DNA from: Balanoglossus misakiensis
Taxonomy: Eukaryota; Animalia; Hemichordata
Direction: 5' to 3'
DNA: 64,000 bases
NCBI GenBank assembly: GCA_040954595.2
Contig: CM082586.2
Location: 4,884,509 to 4,948,508 of the forward strand
The notes beneath the pieces were generated by a model. That model saw only the letters and a program-made list of their open reading frames with translations. It did not search any database and was not told the origin of the DNA. The stretch's first letter is position 1, and each line of letters starts with the position of its first letter. This document shows, piece by piece, positions 27,653 through 41,231 of this stretch. A program made the translations under genes and the position numbers.

Positions 27653-30600
27653 TAGAATGTGGGTGTGTAGTGGGTTGCAGGTGCAGTGGGCGAAAAGGGT
27701 GATGGGTTGGTGTAGGAGGCCGATGAATAAGGCAACGCTCTCCCAAAACCCAACTTCTTCGAAAGTCGTCCCTTAAGTACAAGCAATGCACAAAAACAGT
27801 TTCTTTCCATTTGCTTGCAAATGTCAGTGCCTGGACGACACGCCGCTGAACAGAGTGGTTTACCTTTGCCCCGACAACCACGACTCTCGTCGCCCGACCC
27901 AAATCGTTAATCCATCTGACAGACTTCGGGTTTAAAAAGCAAAGTAATATTTCATGCCGATATAATGAAAAGTTTGAAAAATGGCTCCTGACAGTGCACC
28001 TCGTACGCTGACAGTTTTCTGAGACTCGTCCCCTTAAAAGATTTTTCGGTATCGGACAGTTTTATCGCCGACATACAGAAAGCACATGTGGACTAATGGA
28101 GTCGCTATAAAACCACGGCGATAGTAGCCGCAGCATTCTGCTAGACGCGGGGTCTGCCAAAGACACGTCCATTTATTAATGTTACACGCATTTAGCGTGA
28201 TAAAAACCATGTAACATATTTGAGGGACAGAACTTAGAAGCCGGGTGGATTGGAGACGGTTTTGCGCCGTTGCTCAAAAAGTATAGGTCTGGGTAGGGCG
28301 TAGGACAGTAGCCAAGTAACTGGTCATCAGTATTTTTTTAGGGAGAGACGCCGTAAAAGCAAAATCGACTAATAAGTCAGGTTAACTTAATGATTCAATC
28401 ACAGCTTGTTAATATAGAGGCTGGATGACTATCTGAGAACCGCAGTATACATAATATAAGAAAAAACATGTTTTAATTAAAATCGAAGATAGTTTCCCCA
28501 GCCGTTATGCGAAATGCCAATCACATGCTTCTGATAGGTAACGCACTTGAATCACATCAGCCAAGAAGGTACATAGAAACGGAAAATTGACAATCTTTAG
28601 ACAGGCTACATAGATGACGAATTCCTTGTTTTCTTTCAAAACTGTTTGTTACTTCGAGAAAACGGATTCATTAACATCGGCGCATCTGGAAAGGCTTCTT
28701 GTGAAAGTTCCGGTACTTGAAGGACAAATGAAGATAATAGTTTTTAATTGTTGTACACCCCATCAAAGATCCTTCTCCGTAAGTGGTCACGAAAGATTTA
28801 TGGCTTTTAAAGAAAAAAGAACACCCATCAAAAAAGATTCAAAAGGTAGAAAAAATGGTAAATTGGTAAAAAGAAACCGTGATTTAGAAAACCGGATGTA
28901 GAACTTCAAAATTGCTATTATGGTTACTTTTGGTACGGATTTCTGTTCTCCGAATTTTCTCCTCATAAACCCCAAATTAAAATGATTTTTAGGATTATAT
29001 TTTTCAACTAAGAAGACGGGTAGGCCCAGGGGAAGTCCGCAGGGGTCAAGGGTCAATCTGGCATTAAAAGTTTCAAACACGTGACCACTGATGGCGGACC
29101 CCACCTATAGCGGTGTCGGTTGAAAATGAAAACATATAGGGACGAAAATAATATTCTCCCCGAGACGTTCTGAGATTTTAATTGGAGTGACAGGCATTTA
29201 CAGCAATCGGAAACCAGCTTCAACGGGCCTGTTATTTTTGTTGACGGTTTGCACAGCATATACTACAAGGCCCCGATAAGATAGCCGGGCCATATCTTGC
29301 CACTTAAAATATTGAGAGCTATATACGCTAGGTAGGGGCTTGAGAGAGTTGACGAATACTAAACAGGCGCACCCGGAGAGGACTGGCCTGGCGACTCCCT
29401 GGCTACCAGCGCAGCGCCACCGCCAATGGCGTGTGGCCACCATCCATAAAAAAAGTCTTAATTCCGTTCCTAAAAAGGCCACCCATTAGAGAAAGGGAGA
29501 GAGTCGAGACTTGGGGGATCTGTCTTTAAAACTGGCTTCATTTGATGCATTCTGCTCGCCAGATTCGCCTGTGATTGGCTTGACGGGGGAGCCGGCATCT
29601 ATATCCAGCGATTATCTGCTCTGAAGGAGTGTTAGGTACTCAAAGAGCTGCTTGTTGTATGAACACGCAAAGTGGGCGCTCTATTTACTCTGCGAGCTGT
29701 CCAGGCACAAGGTATAGATTTTTCTCTCTCCCTTCCTATCATTCATAAGTGTTATATTTTACTTCCTATCGTTTTACTCGAGATTATTTACTGTGTGTGG
29801 CGATAAAAAACAAGTTTTTTTTTGCCATTACATTTGTTCGCTGCGCGTGGAGCGCGTGTAGCCAGAGGCTCGTCCGCGACCGTAGGCTTCCGTTTAACGA
29901 AAACGACGTTTCAATACAAGTTGACGAGTTTCGGGAGCGGAGGTATGAAATTCGAAGAAGACCGACCCGGGTTTACAATCATCAACGAGACTTAACGGTA
30001 AAGTCACCTGTCGTCGAAACACAGTCAAGCACCGAACAAAAAGAGTCAAAGTGATTGGCGACTGACTGATTAAGGAGAGTTTGTAATCCCCAGCGAAACT
30101 TTGGCATAAAGTGCATTTTGCAAAAAGTCGCACTCCCAGAGGATAAACTTTTCTGTGTGAACGATAGTTCCTTTCCCAGAAAAATCTTCAGAACATATCC
30201 ACTGTTAATATTATATCGGACAAAATCTTTTCAAAGCTTTGTTTGATATTTGGAATACTTGTTAGGCTTACGGGGACATCTTTATACATAAAAACCGGGC
30301 ACAGAACGTATTTTTATCACGATTTTCCGATCGACCCGCGTCGAGGGAATACGCATCTAATCGCTTGTTATAATTGAAACAACAAACTCGAAGCTTTAGA
30401 TAATCGCGTTTCGAGCGCCTTTTCCAGTGTTTTGTGAAAACTTTGGCGATTCTAACCGCTCAAAAGGAAAAAAGTAGAGGATTTGCCGACAAGTTGTCAA
30501 TTTTGCTCCACGAAATCAAAGTCACCATTTATCATTCTTCACGAAGTGCTCACTTCAAGTAAGTAAAAAGACGTCAAAGATAAGATTTTGGGCCCTTTAG

Positions 30601-31939
30601 GCGAAATGTAGACCGTCTTCTTTCTGCTAGTTTGAACACGCGACAAATGCGAATGCACGGGTCAGTATACACATATTGGTATTCCTTGTACGAAGATTGG
30701 TTCTGTTATTGTTTATAACGACATCTTGAGACTGACTTGGTTTTCGCAATGTTGTATTCATATTTTCGAACTGGAAATATGTTTTCTGAGCGTTGTCTCG
30801 AACTTGTTGTTTACAGTCCAAAGAAAACCTTCCCCTTTGTGTCAAACCTATACATACATGTAGTTAGAACTTTTGTCACTCTGCTGCCAAACTTCGCGTT
30901 TCCGTGTAGTTGTCGTGAGGTCCATTGGAGCAAACGACGTGATTTACTGCGACAGACATTTTTAACTTAAAGTGGGGATTTTTTGACGGCTCCGGCTTCG
31001 TTCACGACAGGTAAATCCCTAAAAGGCCACGATTTAGGCGCCCAAGCCTCTCGTTTAACAAGAGCGCGCTCGCGACGACACACCTGTATCGCAGATCGAC
31101 GGAGCAATACTCGACTCGGCGTCCGGGCCTAGGCAACTCCTCGTCTGCACGCACGTCTCTCTGCGCGCCGCTCACGCGCCCGCTGGACGAGGCGAGCCCG
31201 CGGATTTTTTAGCAGCACTCGTCGAGTGAGTGCTAAAACAATTTCCACGCCCTGGGATCTACTAAAAGCCGTGTTAGTTGATTCAATCGAGATAATTTCT
31301 CGCCATTCAGAAGTCATAACTCTGTGCAATGCCACGGTTGATGCGCAGCGGACCGTGTCGGAACAGGTGAGAGCGTTTATGACAACGTTAGACTCGGAGC
31401 GACGGATCCCTCGTCGAAGGCTTGATCGGAGACAAGCTTGTAAACCCGGTCTAAGATTAATTACCCTCGTGGAACTGAAAATTAGCGAATTAAGGACAGG
31501 AACTATGGCTTTTGATGTCCCCCTTGTATCAAGCGGAGATTCTCGTTTAGAAGTGCAGTCGCGAACATTCGTCCCAAACTCTTCTACGCAGCCTCTGTAT
31601 CGGTGATCAAGGCTACTGTTGACAACTAAATTTCGGTCCGAACCTGAATATATATATCCACCGTGTAAAGGCATCGGCAGACAGTTTGGAAACTGTCGAT
31701 CCTGTAGCCCAGTGAAGAAGACAAGAACACATTCTTGGCTCGTGGGACAACATATCACCCCCGCCAAAGTTACAAGAATATAAACACCATTTAGGCCTAT
31801 AGGGAGTTAATACTAATACCACTTCGATGATACAAAATTAAGTTATTGTGCATGTTTTGAATAGTTGTCTACTTTGAAGTTACATTGAATGGTCGTTGCA
31901 AGAAGTCATTCCTGCCAGAGGTCTTTTACTTAGCAACCG

Positions 31940-31975
31940 TCACTCACTCACTCACTCACTCACTCACTCACTCAC
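31940..31975. repeat. (TCAC)9 microsatellite
   Basis: Perfect tetranucleotide repeat. Confidence 0.95.
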
Positions 31976-34900
31976 AAAACAAAATATAGATTAGAAATTT
32001 AAATCGCTAAATATGTGTGACATATATGTGGTAATCCCGAAATGGGGTGACCGAATACGCGATTTGGGATCGAATTTCCAACGATTTTTTTTATGATTTC
32101 ATTTATGAGGTGGTTAACCAATATGGGAGATTTTTTCGTGCTTGAAGGGACATGAACGCGGGCAAAGGGGACAGACCTGGGGTCAGGCCTAATTGTTTAA
32201 TTGACTCGAATTTTCCCCTGTGGAGAGCTGCCAAAAGGTGTTAATGAGAAGGACTCGTTGACTCGAAATAAATGAGTCTTGCTTCGGGGGGCGTTTTGAC
32301 GGCACCTTTCACCGAGTCGCGGCGGTGCTCTCGCTCGTCTCGTTCGAAAGGTCGATATTTCACCGCCGTGGTTTGACTGACAATCGAGAATCAGATTTCC
32401 GGTGTGTGCAACAATACATGACTTCAAAAAAAGCAAAACAAAAGAAAAGGGCAATCCATCATACTTCGGTGGTTCGATGTTGAAATTAAATTTCGGGTTG
32501 GATTTTTTTTTTTGCAGAAGGCAGGTTTCCAGACAAATCGAATGATTATATTCACGGAACCCGTTGAACGATATGCCATTCGAAATCTAACCAACGAAAT
32601 GCTTTGCACTAGAAATAAACCATGTCTTGAAACCGTCCCCTCCCCATTCCCGAGTCGCCCGAAGACGGCGCGTAAGCCCGGTTATTCGTATATCTGAATT
32701 CATTTTATCTATATAACGGGAATAAAATCATGTCCGCTTCTCAAATCGGGATAAACAGACGCGATAAAATTCGACCTCGTTAAGGCGATAGCCACCCGAA
32801 GGGAAGTGAGCGCGTCTGGGAAGACGAAAGCTGTTGTCCAAGTTGCTGTGCGCCATTTCAAGGGTCTCCCGGGGGAGAGTGGTGTTCTGCGGCGCTTGTG
32901 TTCTCCTTAGCCGACCGCCGATCACGAAATCTGGTCTTTCACTCGCAACTGCAGTTGATTAGTCGCGTTAACTGCTCGCATTTACTAAAGAGGCAGCGAG
33001 GGTCACTGTTAATTATCGCTTAATGGGGATGAAATGTGACAAGGTATAAGACCTGGCGGGTCACCGCATTCCGATACTCGCGAGATCACACACGTTTTTT
33101 GGCCGCACTGTGAAACTCGTCCATTTCCACCGAGCAACCGGCCAAGACCGGTGTTGACACTAAGTTAAATATTTCGCAATTTCAGATAAAATATCCACCC
33201 AAATTGTAACCTATTTATAGCAACACTCATTGGCTGAGTCGCAAAACGCGTGTTACGGCTGAAGGAATATGTCGTTTGTGTGAGAAGTGGCTGTCCAGTT
33301 TCTCAGCAGGTAGAGATGAACGCAGCGATGTTCATTTGTTTGCCCCCCCCCCCCTTTCTTCGACAGGGTCCGTTAGATCACGTTCTCTCAGTGTTCGGGG
33401 GATTGGATCATTTCATGGTGCATATGCCGTATCACACCCCCCCCCCTCTTGCTTGTGTCAGTAAAACAACATGCGAAAACAAATCTGGAAACGCGACAAA
33501 TTGTGCAACGTGCATAGTCTTTCGTGTTATTAACCCGAGAAGCGTTTTCAGACCCTGCAAAGACAAAATGAGCTGGTATCTCGTTCGGGGGCTGAATAAA
33601 ACAGCGAGAGGTTAACACAGAGGTCAAGGCGGACGTTGATAAGAATTAATAGGTTACTTCATCATAAAACGCGTTGTGTGCGTGTGTATGCGTCACTTGA
33701 AGCCGGGCAGACTGCCCAGAAGAAATTTTAATAATGTCGGCTCCTGTTTTTTAAATGTCTCTGCGGATGACAAACAACACGTCGGACATTCTCATTGAAA
33801 ACAACCTTCAAAAGCTAAATACTTGAAGAATAACGGAAAATAATTATCTGACACTGACAAAAACGGGTTTGAGCGACGCACATTGTGCGCTTTCGTGGGA
33901 AATACGACTTTGGAAAAATGTTCCAGAAATATATACGACTTTGCACCGTCTCTTGAGTGCGCGCTGATTGTTGACAACCGCGCAGATCTAAAATTGACAA
34001 TCACCTGTTTATTTCGCGTCATTGTACATTTCACTTTAATTGAACAAGGGATCTGCCCGAGGCTGAGACGCTAGCCAAAGTCTCGCTAGACAATGGGTAC
34101 GAAATGCGATTAGTTCGATTAGACTTGACGTCGGGTCTTCACAAAGTTATTTTCCCCCCAAGTTGATCAGTATCTGTTGCGTTAACCCACAACGCCACAC
34201 CGTAGCTAATATTTTAAACCAACAAGGGTACCCTAGATAAAAAAAAATCCAAGTCCGCTTATCTCAAAACTGGGAGGTAAAGTTGACACGTGGGTAATTA
34301 CTGTTGGTTCAACCTGGTAGTCCGCTCGTGAATCATTGACAGGGCGTGCGAAAAAGTCGCGCAAACGCTGGCTGCAAGGGAGAGAAAAAAACGCCAGTCC
34401 GGATGAAATGCGCATTTTTAAAGCGTGCGAAAGCGCGCCTGCTTCCAAGCGTTGTTGGGGAATGCGTGGTGGTTTTTTTTAAATGCATGATGTGTGCAAA
34501 GCGAGCGGCCGGGAATCTGTTTAGAGACTTATCTCCTTGTCAGATACCAGGGGCCCTTATCTTCTGATAAATTGCCCCTTTCTTAGATATTGTTATTACA
34601 GATGATTTATACTTGCATTGCCACTATCTGCAACGGGACCCGCTAGATGCGATATGCAAGAAAAATACGGATTCGCTATGATCCCAACAGCCCGCAAAAA
34701 TGTCGGTGGGGTTCCTCTCCCCCTCCTTCTCCAAACCCCGTTGGTCAATCCACCGCAGAGACCACGCAATCTTTCGCCGTAATCTCTCAAGCTCACGTAA
34801 CCAAAATTTCTTCGCAAATCCGAACGGCAAACTTATACAAGGGGGTCCGTGCACTTCGCTGAGACACCAGTCTGTCGACCCCTACTTACTGTAGCAATTT

Positions 34901-37900
34901 GGCCATGTCGCTGGCTACTGGACATAAGCTTCGATACAAGAAACAAACAAATCGGCCCCTTTCATGGAGTCCTTCTAAAACTATTTTCTCATCCTATTAT
35001 AGCATACCAAAGCTGGCGCAGGGCCGTGATCGGACGAGTCAACAACAATTGTGCAACCTATTGGCGTAAACAACTTCTAAAATCTTTAAGTAGCTTAAAG
35101 AGTTGACTTTTCGCATTTGGAGTCGAAATTAATTAAAAAGACCGCCGATGACACCCGCTAAAGACTACCCCGCCCAGGTTTTGCACGGTATCGCCCAAAA
35201 ACATTTGCTTTGGGGGAGGGGGGGCTGGTACAAGACAAACCCCCAGTCCATACATCTATAGAAATACATTAAAATGTTGAGAGAGAAAAATCATTTTCCT
35301 AAAGAACTCCGACCCCAGGTCTTTCGTCTCTGTCTGTACACAGACGGCCTAGCAAAAAACCACTGCAACTCAAACTTCTACAGATTCCACGTTATCTGTA
35401 GATGGTATACGCAACGATAAAGTATCTTAAGTTGAATAAAGTTTCCCTCCTCGTACCACCTCTGCGATAAGATACAGCGCTCATTCAAGCCCCAATAAAA
35501 CCGACTTGGTTACCATGGGGATATGGTGACACACTCTCCATGTCGTTGAACTTTTCAAACTTCATTTGTGTTTCTAACATCACCCAACTGGTTCTTGATT
35601 TTTCGCCTTGTGTGACGGGAAGATTACACTTATATAATGTTGTACGTAGACAAAAAACAACACATTTTTGTATCACTGTATTTAAACATTCCCGTATCCG
35701 TGCGCGTCAACGTTTATAAGCTCTTTTGATTGTTTGTGAAACAGGGAGAAACAGGAAATTTCCCCATCTTTTCTCAGAAGAGACCACAAAATAAAATGAT
35801 TGCGTAATACGATAAATGTTACAACACTTCCCTCCAGACAAAATTAAGAACGTTCAAGTTTTAGAATTGTCGCTATGTATGTACAATGTATTTATGTGTG
35901 ATGTATGTACGGACGTACAGTCATGAGTGTTGGCTTGATATGTGGACGGCTAACGTTAATATCAAACACGCATTTCTAAATAAAATTAAATCAAGGTTCG
36001 TGTGGCGTAATGTGGTGATTGATTGTTCTCGGGTGGTGTAGATGAAAAAAGACTCTCTTTAAATCTCGTGCATACACACGTGAGTTGAACTGTACGGTGG
36101 ACGGTCGACCAACTTCCGTCGCCGAGTCAGCGCCAATCGGCACGTACCTCGGAAACGCGCGCGCCTCTAACCGAGCTCGCCACGCGCGTTGAGTGAGCGC
36201 ACACTGGCTATCAGTTCGAAGTAACAACACAGTACAATCAATCCGGAAACGTATATATTATCTGTAATTATAATGATAGCTCAACTGTCGTTCACAGTCA
36301 TTTTAGATCGAGTAAAAGACAACATCGCTCCATTGTCACCACTGTCGCATACCGACAGTCGGCCCAACCCCGCTGAGTTATTAGACCGTTGTTTTTTGAC
36401 AGCCACTTCAAGTTCAATCACCTGATGGTGACGTATGGCTGTGGTCTGACATTAACAGGTGGTCGACCCGACCTTGCCTGAACGCGTGGAAAATATCTCC
36501 ACCAGATTTACGCACCCTGCTATATGCCACGGGATTGGAGTTGATAAAAACTGTGTACGGTGCGATAGGGGTCTCAGATAATGATAGCGGGTAGTCTGGG
36601 CGAACTTGAAAAGACTGAAGTGAAAACCCCGAGTCGTACACGCACATGTCCAACGCCAATATCTTGGATACCAACGGTAGTTTGTTGTTACTTGGCGTTG
36701 CTGTGAGTCATTTTAAATAAATGACTTGAAGGCACTAGTCGAAAAAAAAACGGGACAAACAAGTTTGGAAATACCAACAGCACCAAGACGTACAGAGCAA
36801 CTGGCTAGTCTTTACCAGGTCGTTTCTACAAATTTACGAGTTCACCGTCGATTTGACTAAAAGTGAAAGACTGAATTACAATTTGAGACACCGACGCGAG
36901 CAGGTTTTTCGGTTGGGGACGTCAAGACCAGTCCTCGCCGCGCACAGTTGACTGTTTACAATCTGAGTAAGAAAAGTTCCAAAGCAGTCCGCAGGTTCAG
37001 AACGTTTGAGCCTGCTACCAATGTACCTTCCTGCTACCGACACAGATAGTGTAAACATCAAACCAACCGTTCGAAAGCCTTGAATTCAAATTAAACATTT
37101 ACCTACACGAAGCAGTGCACGAAGTCGAGAAGTTACGTACGCCCTGGTGGGAGAACGATAGTTAGTGTGAAATTCTCAAATTCACAAGACTTGATTTGAA
37201 TGCTCGTTAATGTAACATAATTTTTGATTTATGGCACTATTATGGGTGTTCTTGGACATCAATCAAAACCATGTCGGTATGTATAGCAAATGACCATTGG
37301 TACGAATGGGTGAATTGTTTCTTCCTGGTCCAATCAGCTCGCAGTATTCATTCTACAAAAATTGTGCATGTGGTCTGTGTCGTGTTCACCTGTCACTGGT
37401 AAATTTAATACGCCAAGTGAGAAAGTTTTTTGGCCGCATTTGCATATTTGCGTGTGTCGTCCAATACACGTGTATAGGAAAACATGTGCAGGCGGTGTGC
37501 ATATGTGACACTGACACATTATGCAAAAATTAACACCTTGTATTGCTGCATTGCACGTATATCCATGGCGCGACATTCTGAAGAATTTGTCCAAAATTCC
37601 AACAAAACTGTTCCTCTCGCCCTGAAGTGTTTATCAAGCGATGGCAAACGCAAATACATGTACATATGCACTTTGAAGCACATGGATGTAGTATATCGAT
37701 CGTTGCCACAGACGGGATGATCATAATTGCCTGTCCAGCTCATCTCATTTCACAGACAGCTCCGCAAAGCAGGAACCCTTGTACGACATAACTGCGACGC
37801 GTTTACGTCTCCAGGGTGGGATTACAGCCTTCGTTGTATATAAATATTGCAAATTTAAGAAAAAAATGCCTTGATGGGGTTTTCAACTGCAGGGTATTGC

Positions 37901-40770
37901 ATTATACGGGCTTTGCGCCTAATCCCCGCGTGCCGAGATGGCGCTGCCATGCGCACATGGCTCTCTCCGATCCTCCACAGCACATAAACATTTCCACTAA
38001 AAAAGAATCCCTTCCAGCCATAATAACTGTCATTATTTGCACGGGCGGATCGACGAGCAAACACCCCCGCTATTAAACTTCCGCAATTTTTGTGGCGAAT
38101 TGAAACCAGAAACGAAATTCAGAAGTGAAATACAATATAATAAAAAAGGTATCCAAGAACGAGGTCGCGACATAATGAAAATCTCTTAGTAGCTCGGCTG
38201 CCGACAGTTCGCTGGTAGCCACGGTAGTAGATGCCATATTTTTGCATTAATATTTTCGGTCATATTTATTCCTCTCAGACTTTGATTAAGTATATTTATT
38301 TTGTTCTTTGCATGAAAAACGGGCATTAGCAGTATGCTGAGTATATTATGATACTGGTATTTAATTCTAACACCTTTGATAAAAAGGACACTAGTAGTGA
38401 GTGGCTGTGCATAGTCATTACAGGAATGCTAACTTGTGATATTGATTTTGCAAAAAAACATGAACCGGAAATATCGTGGTTGTTTCTCGATGGAAAACGG
38501 AAAAGGTTGTCTCTCACTGAAGAGCCAGCACGAGTGCGTTCGAGTGGCGCTTCTCGAAATTCAACAAATACGTCGCGCTGTCCGGTACAGATGTGCAGAT
38601 TTGCCATAAGAACTATAATATGAAGATGGACAAATATCGCTGTTTTAGTAAGCTGTCGGTTGCAAGTGTACTTTCCGCTTTAGTTTTCTTTAGGTCGAAC
38701 GCTGAATGTCTCGTTCTTCGACTTCCAGGCCCAAGCGTTCGGTCCCCGCAGATGGTAACTGTGGCAACAACTTTAACTTGCCCAATCAAATAACTGCGAT
38801 GCTCACAACCGTCCGAATGAAATGCGCAGACGTGGATCGGGTTGCTGACAATCGCGGAGAAACTGGAAAACTTTTCTGGTGCGCGGCGGCGCGAAGTTGA
38901 TGAGCGCAGAGTTTGAAAACAACCGGACTGGCCCATTGCACGGGTACCTAGCAATGGGAGAACGCGACTTGCGGGTCACCTCACCCGGTATTACTAACCA
39001 ATCCTTAGATGAACTAGAAAAGATACTAACACAGCCCCCTTCGGTATTTATAACTAATTATTTGATAAGGCTGGGACAAAATGGGCAAAGCAGATACCCC
39101 CAATTGACGGTTTGGCAAGAGAAGGGCAACACGCGTTGGTGTTTCACAGATCGAAACGATCCGATTATTCTGCAGTGAGTTGGGGCGATGAGTCTCAACT
39201 TGAATGATTTCAGACACCAGTGCGGAGAAGCGAAATCGGTGATTGACAACTGAAAATCTGACGCGACTGCGCACCTCGTGTGCGTAGAAACATAACCATG
39301 GTCATAGAGCAGCGATGACGCGCATGTTTTGACATTGTTCACGCCTTGGGTATTTTATCCTTGCCATAGAACAAGAAACTGTCGTTGATCGAGAGAACAA
39401 AAAAATAGCAAAACGTTGCAGCTTGTGTCATAATTATGCTATACATGTACACAGCTGACCCTTGTTGTCCAATAAACAACTTGAATAGACAAGACGTCTA
39501 TTGTTTACATCAATAGAAATGCTCACCTAAACAAATATTGGTTTTTAACAAATGCCAATCGGGATATTGTCAGGTTTTATTTGGGTAATTTTGCTTCCGT
39601 GAAAAAAAAGAAGACAAAGTAAATTCTGTGAGATATTTTGAAAATAGAATGATAGATGTAAATCTTGATAAGTTACGCCAGTAACAAAACTTTTAGCTTA
39701 TGGCAATAAAAATTTGACGAATGCAAAATTGCAGGGGTCGGAATATGTTTTGTGTCAGTGGCAAGTTCCGCATTGCTTGGGAAGTTGGAGGCACTGGCTC
39801 TAACCACAGTCACCCCACACACAACGTCGTTTCTTGAAGACATATGACGTATCCTTTCCGCGTTTGCGATCGCGTCGTTGCTATAGAAACGTACAGGTGA
39901 TAAACCTCAAGATGGTGCTCGGGCTTCTAACGACGCGGTGACAAAAGAAAGGAGTCCGGGCAGACGATCAACGCGCGAATGGAAGGGAAAGTTCACCCCG
40001 TTTATTTGTGGTTGGTTGGTTGGTTGAAGTCGCTCCCTTCTCTTTCTTCACCGTTTCTCATTTGGTGACCAGAGTCAACAAGAATTCGCGGCAATAAATT
40101 TCCCCCAAAGAATTTTAAGCGACTTTTACGAGTTCCTGCGAGTACATGAGCCCATTTAGCCGACGCTGGCAGAATGTGTCGTAAAAAAGTTGTAAAATTA
40201 TTGGTCGTTTTGGCACGAATTCCTCCTTCCAGGTCGGGCTGTGTGCGATCGCTTTTTTTGCGCTAATTACCAACAAAACGGGGGATGTGTTCGATAGAGG
40301 AGTCAGTCAGGTTTTCAATGGTTCAATTTTCCATAATCTTCTGGTATATTTTACTAAAAATCTAAATGCTATTAAATAATTGCTCCAGAGTTTCATTTCA
40401 TAAGAACGAACAAAGAAACGTTTGTCAGAATTTAGACAGCATTTTATCACATCTGTCAGTGTGTAAAATATAATATTTATTAGACGTACATTAATGGCTA
40501 CTATGTGTGTTCAGGTATTCCTGTCATGGTGATGTGAAATTTAGTTCTGCGAAAATAAAGACCACGTTTTACAGTTTCGATGAAAAGTTGCTTCCAGCCT
40601 AGTAAGTGGGTGGAGGAGGAGATGGTTCTTTTGTTGGTTTTCCATGTCTTTCCATTTTTTGAGGAATTCTGGGTTTGGTGGGTTAGTCAACTTTTTGGGT
40701 CCGTATAGGGGATATCAGCCCCCCAACAGACGGCTGGCTGGCCTGCAGCTAGCTGGCCAGCTACCCCTTC

Positions 40771-40956
40771 TGCGTCACGTGCTGGGGCGTGTCCGATCAA
40801 TTAGGCTGAGTGACAGTTGACAAGGGGAAGCAAAATTCCCCACCAATCAGCGGCCGCGTTCATCAATCACCGCGGCGTCTCGATTAGCTTACAAATAACA
40901 CAGGCACGGGTCACGTGACTCTTCGCCGCAAACAAAAATGTTTCAGTCTATATAAA
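40771..40956 (+). promoter_or_regulatory. Proximal promoter of the GATA4/5/6 gene
   Basis: TGCGTCACGTG (CRE/E-box, 40771-40781), CCAAT (40843-40847), palindromic E-box GTCACGTGAC (40910-40919) and TATATAAA (40949-40956), in canonical order ~1.7 kb upstream of the start codon. Confidence 0.65.
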
Positions 40957-40979
40957 TTACACGGACGCCTGGTCAATAA

Positions 40980-41231
40980 AACTTTGCACTATAGGTAGCA
41001 ATACGCACTGACGCGATAGTCATTATCACCGCTCGCAGTATATACAACTCCAGGAACAAGGCCTCGTCATCTGAACGTGTCACGCTGAACTCTCCGTTGC
41101 CACTGCCCACAGAACTTCCAGTTTTTACGACTGTTCCTAGTGGTCGGTATAGCGATTATGAAGTTAGCCGTCTTATCAGAGAGATATTGAATAACGATTG
41201 GAAACTTGGTCCTCCACTGTACGCAGATCAG
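40980..41231 (+). other. Putative non-coding first exon (5' UTR) of GATA4/5/6, containing a 10-codon uORF (41158-41190, MKLAVLSERY*)
   Basis: Starts ~30 nt after the TATA box. Candidate donor CAG|GTAGGC at 41231/41232, with a matching acceptor TTTCTTTTGGTTACAG| at 42550. Boundaries are inferred. Confidence 0.45.

Noticed and set aside
31129-31767. 212-aa minus-strand ORF and the overlapping 126-aa plus-strand ORF
   Set aside because: No recognisable domain, non-ATG start, and it lies in CG-rich sequence where stops are rarer. Treated as a chance ORF.
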